Shown piece after piece: positions 1-7,995 of a DNA stretch of 31,435 nt. Below the pieces are notes generated by a model. That model made no database searches, was not told where the DNA came from, and was given only the letters and a program-made list of their open reading frames with translations. A program made the translations under genes and the position numbers. Positions within the stretch are counted from its first letter, which is position 1; each line of letters starts with the position of its first letter. This DNA is from a virus (taxonomy: Duplodnaviria; Caudoviricetes): IMG/VR virus record IMGVR_UViG_3300020592_000003, positions 1 to 31,435 of that record. One strand, 5' to 3'.

Positions 1-32
1 GGTTAATGCGGGGCCTCAAATCATTTCACCAA

Positions 33-98
33 TCGCCCGCCACCATCGAAACACTCCAGAAGGCACCTACACCCTGAGCGTATGGTATCGGCGGGCGA
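33..98. repeat. Long-range inverted repeat / stem-loop
   Basis: TCGCCCGCC (33-41) pairs with GGCGGGCGA (90-98); ACCAT (42-46) pairs with ATGGT (82-86). Confidence 0.55.
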
Positions 99-119
99 GG
101 CTAATCAAGAGGAACCGAG

Positions 120-329
120 TTGCGCATCCACTATGGGAAACCTCGGCTCGGGCGTCTTCAGTATGGGGTGGGGTCGCTCAGCCATGGGGTTGGTTCTGAG
201 CGCCAGACATTTCGGCGGTGGATCTCCCACCGTTTGGGTTCTGTCTTCGGGGTCAGTTTCGGCCATCGGATGTTCATCGGTGTAATGTGGTTCGATGAAT
301 CCCGTGAGGAGCGCGAGCGCATAAAGTAA
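120..329 (+). CDS. Hypothetical protein (69 aa)
   Basis: TTG start after GAGGAA; same strand as the late operon; no recognisable motif. Confidence 0.45.
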   Translation: MRIHYGKPRLGRLQYGVGSLSHGVGSERQTFRRWISHRLGSVFGVSFGHRMFIGVMWFDESREERERIK

Positions 330-521
330 TCAGGACGGCGGCGTGGAAAGCAGACACGCTAAACGGTCAGTCGAGGCGGGAGACGGAGCCGCCAGCATAG
401 CGAAGCAGCCCGACCATAGAAACGGCGTCAGTGGTCTTGGCCGTACCTTGTGGGTCTGCATTCCGGATTCGGGCTTGAGCCGTGCCTAGCAATAGCCTCA
501 GTAGCGCGAGGCCCGTCCTGA
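330..521 (+). ncRNA. Putative tRNA-like structured RNA, cassette 1
   Basis: Acceptor-like helix TCAGGACGG/CCGTCCTGA; D-like hairpin GCGTG-GAAAGCAGA-CACGC (341-359); T-like hairpin GCCTC-AGTAGCGC-GAGGC (495-512) stacked directly on the 3' strand; about 130-nt multi-hairpin insert in place of the anticodon arm. Confidence 0.6.
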
Positions 522-709
522 CCTATTCGGGGTACAAGCAAGGCCAGCCCCGGCAACGCGGATGGCGGTACACCGTTGACACAAACCAGACCCGCCACTG
601 AATCAGGACGCCCCAGGCTGGTAACAGTTCTGTGTCTCGCCGGTAAGCCAGTAGCCCGGCAACTTGGCGCGTGACTTCTGGATTGGCGCGCCCGTCCTGA
701 CCTATTCGG
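511..709 (+). repeat. 20-bp direct repeat GCCCGTCCTGACCTATTCGG (511-530, 690-709), with partner repeat AATCAGGACG (328-337, 601-610)
   Basis: Exact repeats read from the sequence; the two repeat types are partly complementary (TCAGGACG/CGTCCTGA). Confidence 0.95.
603..700 (+). ncRNA. Putative cloverleaf RNA, cassette 2
   Basis: Closing helix TCAGGACG/CGTCCTGA encloses three hairpins: CTG-GTAA-CAG (GNRA loop), GCCGG..CCGGC and GGCGCG..CGCGCC. Confidence 0.5.
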
Positions 710-717
710 AGCATCTC

Positions 718-810
718 ATGGCATCGGAACTGCATCTGATCTTCGGTCTCATGATTCCGCTCTTCGTGGTCTGTGTGTTGATCATTGCATCAGTTGGGAC
801 ATCGCGGTGA
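718..810 (+). CDS. Small single-TM membrane peptide (30 aa, MASELHLIFGLMIPLFVVCVLIIASVGTSR)
   Basis: GGAG 6 nt upstream of ATG; hydrophobic core; GTGA overlap with the next ORF. Below the ORF-track cutoff. Confidence 0.6.
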   Translation: MASELHLIFGLMIPLFVVCVLIIASVGTSR

Positions 811-938
811 GCTACGCGTTAGATCGCTTCATCTCATGGCTTTACACTCGCCGCATATGGGGTTCTCGCTGCCCTGACTTCGAACCCAAGTGCGTATGCT
901 GCCAGAAGTGGGCAGAGCACGACGAGATGTTCTCATGA
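807..938 (+). CDS. Small Cys-rich hypothetical protein (43 aa, ...WGSRCPDFEPKCVCCQKW...)
   Basis: Translationally coupled on both sides (GTGA, ATGA); four Cys suggest metal binding. Confidence 0.6.
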   Translation: MSYALDRFISWLYTRRIWGSRCPDFEPKCVCCQKWAEHDEMFS

Positions 939-1111
939 CCGACCCGCGCCGCATAGACGAGCTGAGCGCGGAAAGAACGCAGCTCTATCTGGAGCGCTCC
1001 TCGATCACTTTCCTGGAGTGCGCGATCAATCTCCTCCTCACCCACTGCTCCAAAGCTCGGGTGATCGAGATCCTAAAGCGGCAGGCGAGGATCGTAGCAG
1101 AGCTGGATTAG
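935..1111 (+). CDS. Hypothetical protein (58 aa)
   Basis: ATG at 935 overlaps the upstream stop; in frame with track ORF 890..1111. Confidence 0.6.
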   Translation: MTDPRRIDELSAERTQLYLERSSITFLECAINLLLTHCSKARVIEILKRQARIVAELD

Positions 1112-1293
1112 CCCTTCGTCTCCAGCGCAATCGCAATGCGCTCTAGCGCCTTGCTGATACGTCCCAAGTGGTGAGCCGCATATTCCGCCGCTGCTGCGAT
1201 ACGGGCCTGTTCGGACGGAGGATTGTTTCTGCCGAAAGAGGGGAATGGTTGGTCTGCCCAGGCGTTGACGCGATTCCTTGTCTCTTCGTCCAT
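1108..1293 (-). CDS. Hypothetical protein (61 aa), antisense moron-like gene
   Basis: GGAG upstream of ATG at 1293; fills the gap before terS; possible -10 (GCTATTCT) upstream. Confidence 0.6.
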   Translation of the reverse strand: MDEETRNRVNAWADQPFPSFGRNNPPSEQARIAAAAEYAAHHLGRISKALERIAIALETKG

Positions 1294-1331
1294 GACCCGC
1301 TCCCATAATTGAAGAAGTGCGAGAATAGCTG

Positions 1332-1736
1332 ATGCCAGCTGGTAGGCCAAGCGAGTTCAGAGAGGATATCGCCAGCCACATCTGCTCAGAAATCGCTTCG
1401 GGGCGCTCTCTCCGATCCATCTGTGACGATGAGGGCATGCCTGATAAGGCGACCATCTTTCGTTGGTTGTCGAAGCACGAAGCATTCCGCGACCAGTACG
1501 TGCGGGCGCAAGAAGATCGTGCTGCGGCGCTGGCAGAGGACATTCTGGAGATTGCCGACGAAGGCAACGCCGAAGACGTGCAGCGCGCCAAGCTCCGTGT
1601 TGATGCTCGCAAGTGGCTCATGAGCAAGATGGCCCCGAAGAAATATGGCGACAAGCAGGAAATCGACCACAAGTCGAGTGACGGCAGCATGCGCCCGACA
1701 TTCCAGGTAGAGTTCATTGGACCCGGTAAGGATTAA
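1332..1736 (+). CDS. terS: Terminase small subunit
   Basis: GRPS...IC..IASGRSLRSIC..EGMP...TIFRWL and RVDARKW..SK.APKKYGDK motifs (Sf6 gp1-like); immediately upstream of terL. Confidence 0.92.
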   Translation: MPAGRPSEFREDIASHICSEIASGRSLRSICDDEGMPDKATIFRWLSKHEAFRDQYVRAQEDRAAALAEDILEIADEGNAEDVQRAKLRVDARKWLMSKMAPKKYGDKQEIDHKSSDGSMRPTFQVEFIGPGKD

Positions 1737-3006
1737 GTTTCCGGAGGTCTTTCATCCTCTCACGCGTCCTGCTCGATACAAGGGCGCATGGGGCGGGCGG
1801 GGATCTGGCAAGAGTCATTTCTTTGCCGGTCTGCTCATTCTGGAATGCCTGCGTCGTCAGGTTCGCGCGGTGTGCCTGCGTGAAGTCCAGTTGTCCATCA
1901 AGGACTCTGTGAAGCAGCTTCTGGAGGATACGATTCACCGCTTCGGGCTTGGTGGTGACTTCGAGATACAGGACAAGGAGATCAAGTGCCCGAATGATGG
2001 GCTGATCATCTTCAAGGGCCTTCAGAACCATACGGCGCACACGATGAAGTCCCTGGAGGGCTTCAATATCGCGTGGGTTGAGGAAGCGCAGACGATTACG
2101 CAGAAGTCTCTCGATCTTCTGATACCGACGATCCGTGCCGATGGCTCGGAAATGTGGTTCTCTTGGAACCCTGATCAGCCCACCGATCCGGTTGATGTGC
2201 TTTTGCGTCAGAACACGCCGGAAGGTGCGGTGGTTGTTCGTGCCAACTGGTCTGACAATCCATGGTTCCCTGCGTCATTGCGGGAGGACATGGAGCGGGA
2301 CAGGGCGAGCGACCCTGCCAAGTACGCGCATGTGTGGCTTGGTGAGTATCAGTCTCAGGCCGACAAGCAGTTCATCTCATGGGATGATGTGAAGCTTGCA
2401 CAGCAGCGGCCTTACAAGCGTGGCGGCAAGCCTGTCATCTTCGGGGTTGATGTTGCCCGCTTCGGTGATGACCGCAGTGTCCTTTGCATCCGCGAGGGCG
2501 ATTGCCTCGTTGACCTGATGAAGTGGGAGAAGTTGGACACGCAGCAGCTAGCAGCCCGCGTGATAGATGTAGCCAACTCCCGCAATCCTGATGCCATCTT
2601 CGTTGATGGAGTGGGTGTTGGTGGTGGCGTCGTGGACCGCCTGCGTGCTCTCAGGGCGCGTGTGATCGAGGTCAACGCGGGCGCTAAGGCTGGTCAGGAA
2701 GACCGTTATGCCAACAAGCGCGCGGAGATGTGGGGGCGCATGCGTGAATGGCTGCGCTCTCGTGCGATGATCTCGCACCATGATATCGAGCTTGCTGCCG
2801 AACTGACCGGTCCCTTCTACGGCTTTGATGCATCAAACCGCATCCTGCTCGAGAAGAAGGAAGACATGAAGAAGCGCGGGCTTCGCTCGCCCGATTTGGC
2901 CGATGCCTTGGCGTTGACCTTTTCCGAGCCTGTGGCTGCCGAGCATCTCGCCCAAATACAGTGGGTGACGGCCGAGCCGGAAGTGGACCCGCTGGAGAAC
3001 TGGTGA
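1717..3006 (+). CDS. terL: Terminase large subunit (PBSX-like ATPase plus RNase H-like nuclease)
   Basis: Walker A GGRGSGKS, Walker B WVEEAQ, nuclease motifs GVDVARFGDD and SPDLADAL. Confidence 0.96.
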   Translation: MDPVRIKFPEVFHPLTRPARYKGAWGGRGSGKSHFFAGLLILECLRRQVRAVCLREVQLSIKDSVKQLLEDTIHRFGLGGDFEIQDKEIKCPNDGLIIFKGLQNHTAHTMKSLEGFNIAWVEEAQTITQKSLDLLIPTIRADGSEMWFSWNPDQPTDPVDVLLRQNTPEGAVVVRANWSDNPWFPASLREDMERDRASDPAKYAHVWLGEYQSQADKQFISWDDVKLAQQRPYKRGGKPVIFGVDVARFGDDRSVLCIREGDCLVDLMKWEKLDTQQLAARVIDVANSRNPDAIFVDGVGVGGGVVDRLRALRARVIEVNAGAKAGQEDRYANKRAEMWGRMREWLRSRAMISHHDIELAAELTGPFYGFDASNRILLEKKEDMKKRGLRSPDLADALALTFSEPVAAEHLAQIQWVTAEPEVDPLENW

Positions 3007-3482
3007 GCATTGAAATCCGCCCCGGCACGCTCCGGGATGTGTCCTTCATCGCAGCGAACATGCGCGATGAGGACTGGCGAGAGATACACGCCTCTGGCCC
3101 GATGGATGACCGGGCGGAAGCGGGCATCATGTGCCACATTGCTTCCGAGTTCTCGTGGACGGCTTGGATCAAGGATGATCCGGTTTGCGCCTTCGGCTTC
3201 GCCCGGTCGGGTCTGCCTTGGGTCTGGTCTGCCTGGGCGTTCGGCACGGATCGCATGAAGCGTGCTGTTCCTGCTGTAACGCGGTTTGGGCGAGAGACGG
3301 CCTCAAGGCTTCTTCTCGAAGCTGGCGCGAGGCGGTGTGAGATCCGCTCCATTGCTGATCACGACCTGGCGCATCGGTGGCTGCAGGGCCTTGGTGCCCA
3401 TCTCGAATGCGAACTGCCGGGATATGGGCGCAACGGCGAGACGTTCGTTCTGTACTCCTGGCTAAAGGGTGATTGGGAATGA
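3003..3482 (+). CDS. GNAT-fold virion protein (T7 gp13-like)
   Basis: GTG start after GGAG overlapping the terL stop; ANMR..D.REI and AHRWL..LG...E motifs typical of this family. Confidence 0.7.
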   Translation: MSIEIRPGTLRDVSFIAANMRDEDWREIHASGPMDDRAEAGIMCHIASEFSWTAWIKDDPVCAFGFARSGLPWVWSAWAFGTDRMKRAVPAVTRFGRETASRLLLEAGARRCEIRSIADHDLAHRWLQGLGAHLECELPGYGRNGETFVLYSWLKGDWE

Positions 3483-3721
3483 ATGATGAAATGAAAATTA
3501 CAGCCATGGGGGCATACCTCTATGGCGTGCTTTACCTCATCGGGGTTTTCGTCGCCGGTATTGCTTACGGGAATCCATACGCTGTGTGTCTCGCAAATGC
3601 AGCCGCAGCTGCTTCCTACATCACCCAGATGGCCATCGCGATCAAGCCGACACAGGCGTGGCCTCTCTATGGTTCTGCCATCCTTCTTTCCGCTGCCGCC
3701 GGTTTTTCTCTCGCCTTTTGA
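3479..3721 (+). CDS. Small multi-TM membrane protein (80 aa)
   Basis: ATGA coupling; about 3 hydrophobic segments. Confidence 0.65.
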   Translation: MNDEMKITAMGAYLYGVLYLIGVFVAGIAYGNPYAVCLANAAAAASYITQMAIAIKPTQAWPLYGSAILLSAAAGFSLAF

Positions 3722-3731
3722 GGACAATGCC

Positions 3732-3941
3732 ATGTGCTTCATGTCGACCCCTGATGTCAAAACCCCAGCGCCCCCTCCGACGCCATCGCGTCAGGATGCG
3801 GAAGTGACCGCCTCGCAGGAAGAGGAGCGCCGCCGTGCCGCTCAAGCGCAGGGCCGCCGCGCAACCATTCTAACGGGCGGCCTTGGTGATCCGTCCTTCG
3901 GTCAGAACGTACAGCGCCGCACGCTTCTCGGAGCCTCCTAA
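3732..3941 (+). CDS. Small pre-portal virion protein (69 aa, MCF..P..PAPPP...TILTG...TLLG)
   Basis: GAGG upstream of ATG; TAATG coupling to portal; position and composition typical of T7 gp7.3-like proteins. Confidence 0.75.
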   Translation: MCFMSTPDVKTPAPPPTPSRQDAEVTASQEEERRRAAQAQGRRATILTGGLGDPSFGQNVQRRTLLGAS

Positions 3942-5638
3942 TGGGAGTTGTTGACGATCTCATCTCACGCGCTGATGAGTTATCGTCACAGCGCATCTTC
4001 TGGGAAAAGGTCTGGAGGGACGTAGCGGACCTGTGCCTACCAATGGCGGAGCGCATTCGCCAGCAGGACACAGGCCGTCCTATCTATGATGCTCTCCCCA
4101 AAATGCCGGAGAGTGCAGAGCGCGGCCGCAAGATCTACGATTCGACCTCTGTATGGGCTGTAGATCGCCTGGCGGCTGGTATCGAGAGCCTGGCAACGCC
4201 CTCGACGCAACGTTGGCATGGCGCAGCCATTGATGACCCACTTGCTCCTGAGCCTACGGATGAAGAAGCCGAATGGCTGGATAAGCTGGCCGACTACCAT
4301 TTCGCAGCCCGGTATGATCCGCGGTCCGGCTTTCAGATAGCTAACCAGCTGGCCATCAAGGCCACGGTGGCGCTCGGGACAGGTGTTGTTTTTGTCGAGG
4401 AGACGACGAACGGTTCGCGGTCTCTCCCGGCCCGCTATCGCTACATTCCTCTGAGCGAGAACTATCTAGCTACCAATCAGTTTGCGGAGTGTGACACCAA
4501 CTTCCGCCGCTTCACCATGACAGCGCGCCAGATGGTGCAGAAGTGGGGCGATAAGGTCTCGGGGCGCGTCAAGGCGGCCTATGAGAACCCCAAGGACAAG
4601 GATAAGGAATTCGGCGTCCTTCATGCCGTCTGCCCGCGTGAAGAGCAGGGCTCACGCTCGAACACCAATCGCGGCAGCGCATTCGCCTCCTTCTATGTCG
4701 AGGAGGAAGAGCGCCACCTGATAGGCGATGGTGGGTTCTTCGAGTTTCCGTTCATCGTCTACCAATGGAATGTCACGGAAAGCGGGGCTTATGGCGAGAG
4801 CCCAGTGATGATCGCGCTTGCCGACATCAAGACATTGCAGGCAGCATCAAAGGACAACCTGCGCGCTATGCAGCAGTATGTCCGCCCGCCCCTTGCAATC
4901 TCGAATGACGGCGTGATGAACCGCCCGAACCTCAATTCGGGGGCCATCAATATGGGTGGTATCGATACCAGCGGTAGGCTCAAGATCCAGCCGATCTACA
5001 CGGTGCAAAACCCGTCCTTTGCTGATCTGGTGCTTGAGCAGAAGCGCAATGCAATCAGGGAAAGCCTCTACATCAACCTGTTCCAGATACTCATTGCCAA
5101 CCCGGAGATGACGGCGACGGAAGCGCTGATCCGGGCGCAGGAGAAGGGCGAGCTGCTGGGCCCAGCCGGGGCGCGCATTCAGATGGCCATGAGCCGGATG
5201 TTTGACCGCGAGTTTGGCATCTACGAACGGAAGGGCGCCTTTGACCCTGGATCAGCTCTGGCGCCGCCTGAGAGCCTTGCTGGCCGGTCTATTGGTGTGA
5301 AGTTCACATCGCCTCTGGATCGGTTGCGTAGGGCGAATGAGGCGGTTGGCATCCAGCGCACGTTGGAAATTGCACTGCCTATGGCTCAAGCTGATCCCTC
5401 GGTCATGGACAATTTCGACTTTGACGAGATCGTCCGCACGACCCGGGAAATCAACGGTGCGCCGGCTGATATCCTTCGCCGCCGTGAAGAGGTGGACGAG
5501 CTTCGCCGCCAGCGCAATGAGCAGCAGGCAATGTTGCAGAACCTTGCTGCTGCCAAGGAAGCGGCAGTTGTTGGCAAGGACGCGGCGAGTGGTGTCGAAT
5601 CGCTTGCCAAGGCTGGTGCGGTGAATGGCGCAGCGTAG
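3941..5638 (+). CDS. Portal / head-to-tail connector (T7 gp8, BPP-1-like)
   Basis: 565 aa; IYDSTS...LAAG, YGESP, MTATE...R..EK..LLGP, FTSPL motifs. Confidence 0.93.
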   Translation: MGVVDDLISRADELSSQRIFWEKVWRDVADLCLPMAERIRQQDTGRPIYDALPKMPESAERGRKIYDSTSVWAVDRLAAGIESLATPSTQRWHGAAIDDPLAPEPTDEEAEWLDKLADYHFAARYDPRSGFQIANQLAIKATVALGTGVVFVEETTNGSRSLPARYRYIPLSENYLATNQFAECDTNFRRFTMTARQMVQKWGDKVSGRVKAAYENPKDKDKEFGVLHAVCPREEQGSRSNTNRGSAFASFYVEEEERHLIGDGGFFEFPFIVYQWNVTESGAYGESPVMIALADIKTLQAASKDNLRAMQQYVRPPLAISNDGVMNRPNLNSGAINMGGIDTSGRLKIQPIYTVQNPSFADLVLEQKRNAIRESLYINLFQILIANPEMTATEALIRAQEKGELLGPAGARIQMAMSRMFDREFGIYERKGAFDPGSALAPPESLAGRSIGVKFTSPLDRLRRANEAVGIQRTLEIALPMAQADPSVMDNFDFDEIVRTTREINGAPADILRRREEVDELRRQRNEQQAMLQNLAAAKEAAVVGKDAASGVESLAKAGAVNGAA

Positions 5639-5948
5639 CGTTTCTGCCGGTTTGCCCGCGGGGAGCAGGCGAGGGGCCAAGGCACGGGGAAAGCTTGCTG
5701 CTGCTTATCGCGAGGTCTTCAAGTTGGGCCGCGAGGAAGCAGAGATTGTTCTGGCCGATCTGGCCGCGTTCTCTGGATTCTACCGGGTCACCTATCCTGG
5801 CGCGGGCGACCTGGCCTTCAATGAAGGTATGCGCGCCGTCTATGGCCGCATATTCCGGTTCCTGCGGATGACAGATCAAGAAATCCGCGAACTTGAGGAG
5901 GCGGCACGTCACGAGGCCGTCATCTCATCCCAAGAGGGCGACATCTAG
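5625..5948 (+). CDS. Bbp19-like phage protein
   Basis: AY..VF...E...VLADL...AFNEG.R.V...I pattern; lies between portal and scaffold. Confidence 0.8.
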   Translation: MAQRSVSAGLPAGSRRGAKARGKLAAAYREVFKLGREEAEIVLADLAAFSGFYRVTYPGAGDLAFNEGMRAVYGRIFRFLRMTDQEIRELEEAARHEAVISSQEGDI

Positions 5949-5974
5949 CCCTCCTTCCTGACACAGGAGTTTAC

Positions 5975-6850
5975 ATGACTGACGCAACGGAAGGGTCCGT
6001 GGCGGGTGAAATCCCGTCGGCGGGCAACCCCGAAGAAGCAAATGCTACCGTCCTGACGAATGGGTCTGGAGGCGGTGGTAGCGACTGGTGGAGCGGTCTT
6101 CAGGATGAAGGCAACCAATCCCTTGTCGAAACGAAGGGCTGGAAAGACAAGCCGCTAGACGAGGTGCTGAAGGCATATCGTGGCTTGGAATCCCAGCAAG
6201 GCAGAGCGCTCGTTCCTCCTGGCGAAGGTGCCAGTCAGGACGAGTGGAATGCTTTTTACGAGAAGCTCGGCAGACCGGGGAAGCCGGAGGGTTACCAGTT
6301 CAAGGTGCCCGAAAGCGTCCCGCAGGAAATGCCCTACGATGCTGCCAGCGCTGAGAAGTTCAAAGCCTGGGCGCACAAGGCGGGCCTGACGCCATCACAG
6401 GCACAGGTCATTCATGATGAGTTCCTGGCCGATACGGCGGCCCGAATGTCTGCTGCCCAGCAGGAGGCAGGAAAGGCTGTCGAGGACGCACACAGGGCCA
6501 TCGTGAAGGAGTGGGGCGATCCGGAGACCGACACCTATAAGCGCAACGTCGAATTGGCGGATCGTGCAGCCCGCAAGCTGGGCCTTGTCGATGCGTTGAA
6601 GAGGCGCGGAGCTATAGGATCGGACGGTTCCGTCATGGACGCGGATTTCGCATTCGCGCTCTCCAAGATCGGGGCTGAACTCTATGCCGAGGACAAGCTG
6701 CATGGTGGCCCCACTGCCATGCGCAATCCCTTCTCAGAAAAGCACTTCAATCTGACCGAGCAGGGCAAGCTCGTTCGCGAAGACCCGGAATTGGCGAAGT
6801 CATTTATCCGGTCAGCCGGTCTGAAGGTGGAAGACTACTTCCGCGCATGA
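5975..6850 (+). CDS. Capsid scaffolding/assembly protein
   Basis: AGGAG RBS; acidic N-terminus; W..FY.KLGRP..PEGY and GLTPSQA motifs; EWG; directly before the capsid gene. Confidence 0.85.
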   Translation: MTDATEGSVAGEIPSAGNPEEANATVLTNGSGGGGSDWWSGLQDEGNQSLVETKGWKDKPLDEVLKAYRGLESQQGRALVPPGEGASQDEWNAFYEKLGRPGKPEGYQFKVPESVPQEMPYDAASAEKFKAWAHKAGLTPSQAQVIHDEFLADTAARMSAAQQEAGKAVEDAHRAIVKEWGDPETDTYKRNVELADRAARKLGLVDALKRRGAIGSDGSVMDADFAFALSKIGAELYAEDKLHGGPTAMRNPFSEKHFNLTEQGKLVREDPELAKSFIRSAGLKVEDYFRA

Positions 6851-6880
6851 CCTGCCCCGGTGGGCTTAGCCTCCCACCAA

Positions 6881-6917
6881 CGGCCCGTCGAGACGACGCG
6901 CCTGTCCCACAGAAGGA
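6881..6917 (+). promoter_or_regulatory. Conserved leader hairpin motif upstream of the major capsid gene (copy 1)
   Basis: 28/37 identity to 19142-19178 with compensatory stem changes; abuts the RBS. Confidence 0.65.
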
Positions 6918-6926
6918 AACATTTCC

Positions 6927-7937
6927 ATGGCTGTAACTCGCCTTACGGACGCAATCGTCCCTGAGGTCTTTTGGCCTTACATGCTCAAGCAGACGAAGGA
7001 AAAGTCTGCAATCTTCCAGTCCGGCATTCTCCGCAACGATGCGAACCTTGCCGCCTTCCTTACTGGCGGTGGCCGCACGGTGAACGTCCCGTTCTGGAAG
7101 GATCTGGACAATACCGAATCCGGTATCGCCAACGACGACCCGGCTTCGACTGCCACTCCCGGCAAGATCGATGCGTCTAAGGACGTTGCTGCTCGTCAGA
7201 TCCGTACCCGTGGGTGGTCTTCGGCCAAGCTCGTTGCGGAACTGGCCGGTGATGATCCGCAGCGCCGCATTGCCGAACGCGTGGCGGCGTATTGGACGCG
7301 TCAGTTCCAGCGCATCCTTGTGTCCACCCTGAATGGTGTCATTGCCGACAACATCGCCAACGACTCCGGCGACATGGTGAATGACATCGGTACGGATGAT
7401 GCTGGCGATCCGACTGCCGATCAGCTCATCTCCGCCGAGGCCATTCTGGACACGAAGCAGACCATGGGCGATGCGGCGGATGAGCTCGATACGCTCATCA
7501 TGCACTCGATCCTGTTCACACGCCTTCAGAAGCTGAACCTGATCGACTTCATCCCCGATAGCGAAGGCCGGGTGCGTTTCCCGACTTATCTTGGCTATCG
7601 CGTTGTTGTCGATGATGGCGTCAACGCCGTGGCTGGCACGAACCGCACCAAGTACGACACCTATCTCGTCGGTAATGGTGCGATTGCCTGGGCCGAGGTT
7701 CCGGTCGCCACTCCGGTGGAAACCGACCACAAGCCGGCGCAGGGCAACGGTATGGGTGTTGACGAGCTCTGGACCCGTCGCCAGTTCGTTCTGCATCCCT
7801 ACGGCATTGCCTGGACCGACTCTTCGGTTGCTGGTGAGTTCCCGACCAACGCCGAGCTGGCCATCGCTGGCAACTGGAACCGGGTCTATCCCGAGCGCAA
7901 GCAGATCGCCCTCGCGGTTCTCCGCACCAACGGCTGA
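6927..7937 (+). CDS. Major capsid protein
   Basis: 336 aa; T.L.D.IVPEVF, GG.TVNVPFW.DL, YLG.RVVVDDG, W.RVY..KQI; strong codon bias; followed by a terminator. Confidence 0.93.
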   Translation: MAVTRLTDAIVPEVFWPYMLKQTKEKSAIFQSGILRNDANLAAFLTGGGRTVNVPFWKDLDNTESGIANDDPASTATPGKIDASKDVAARQIRTRGWSSAKLVAELAGDDPQRRIAERVAAYWTRQFQRILVSTLNGVIADNIANDSGDMVNDIGTDDAGDPTADQLISAEAILDTKQTMGDAADELDTLIMHSILFTRLQKLNLIDFIPDSEGRVRFPTYLGYRVVVDDGVNAVAGTNRTKYDTYLVGNGAIAWAEVPVATPVETDHKPAQGNGMGVDELWTRRQFVLHPYGIAWTDSSVAGEFPTNAELAIAGNWNRVYPERKQIALAVLRTNG

Positions 7938-7943
7938 TCAATC

Positions 7944-7974
7944 GAGGGGCGGCTTCGGTCGCCCCTCTCTTTTC
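7944..7974 (+). terminator. Intrinsic terminator after capsid
   Basis: GAGGGGCGGC-TTCG-GTCGCCCCTC hairpin followed by TCTTTTC. Confidence 0.8.
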
Positions 7975-7995
7975 CCCTCGAAAGGATAGACTGAT

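Noticed and set aside
330-521. tmRNA or a canonical/intron-containing tRNA
   Set aside because: No alanine identity or CCA, no TTC loop, no evident tag ORF; the insert is short for a group I intron and shows no core I can recognise.
511-709. CRISPR array from the 20-bp direct repeats
   Set aside because: Only two copies, a 159-nt spacer that is itself structured, and no cas genes.
6804-7796. Long antisense ORFs (also 13791-14570, 16433-17056, 20489-21451 and others)
   Set aside because: Shadows of well-supported + strand genes in GC-rich DNA; no motifs.
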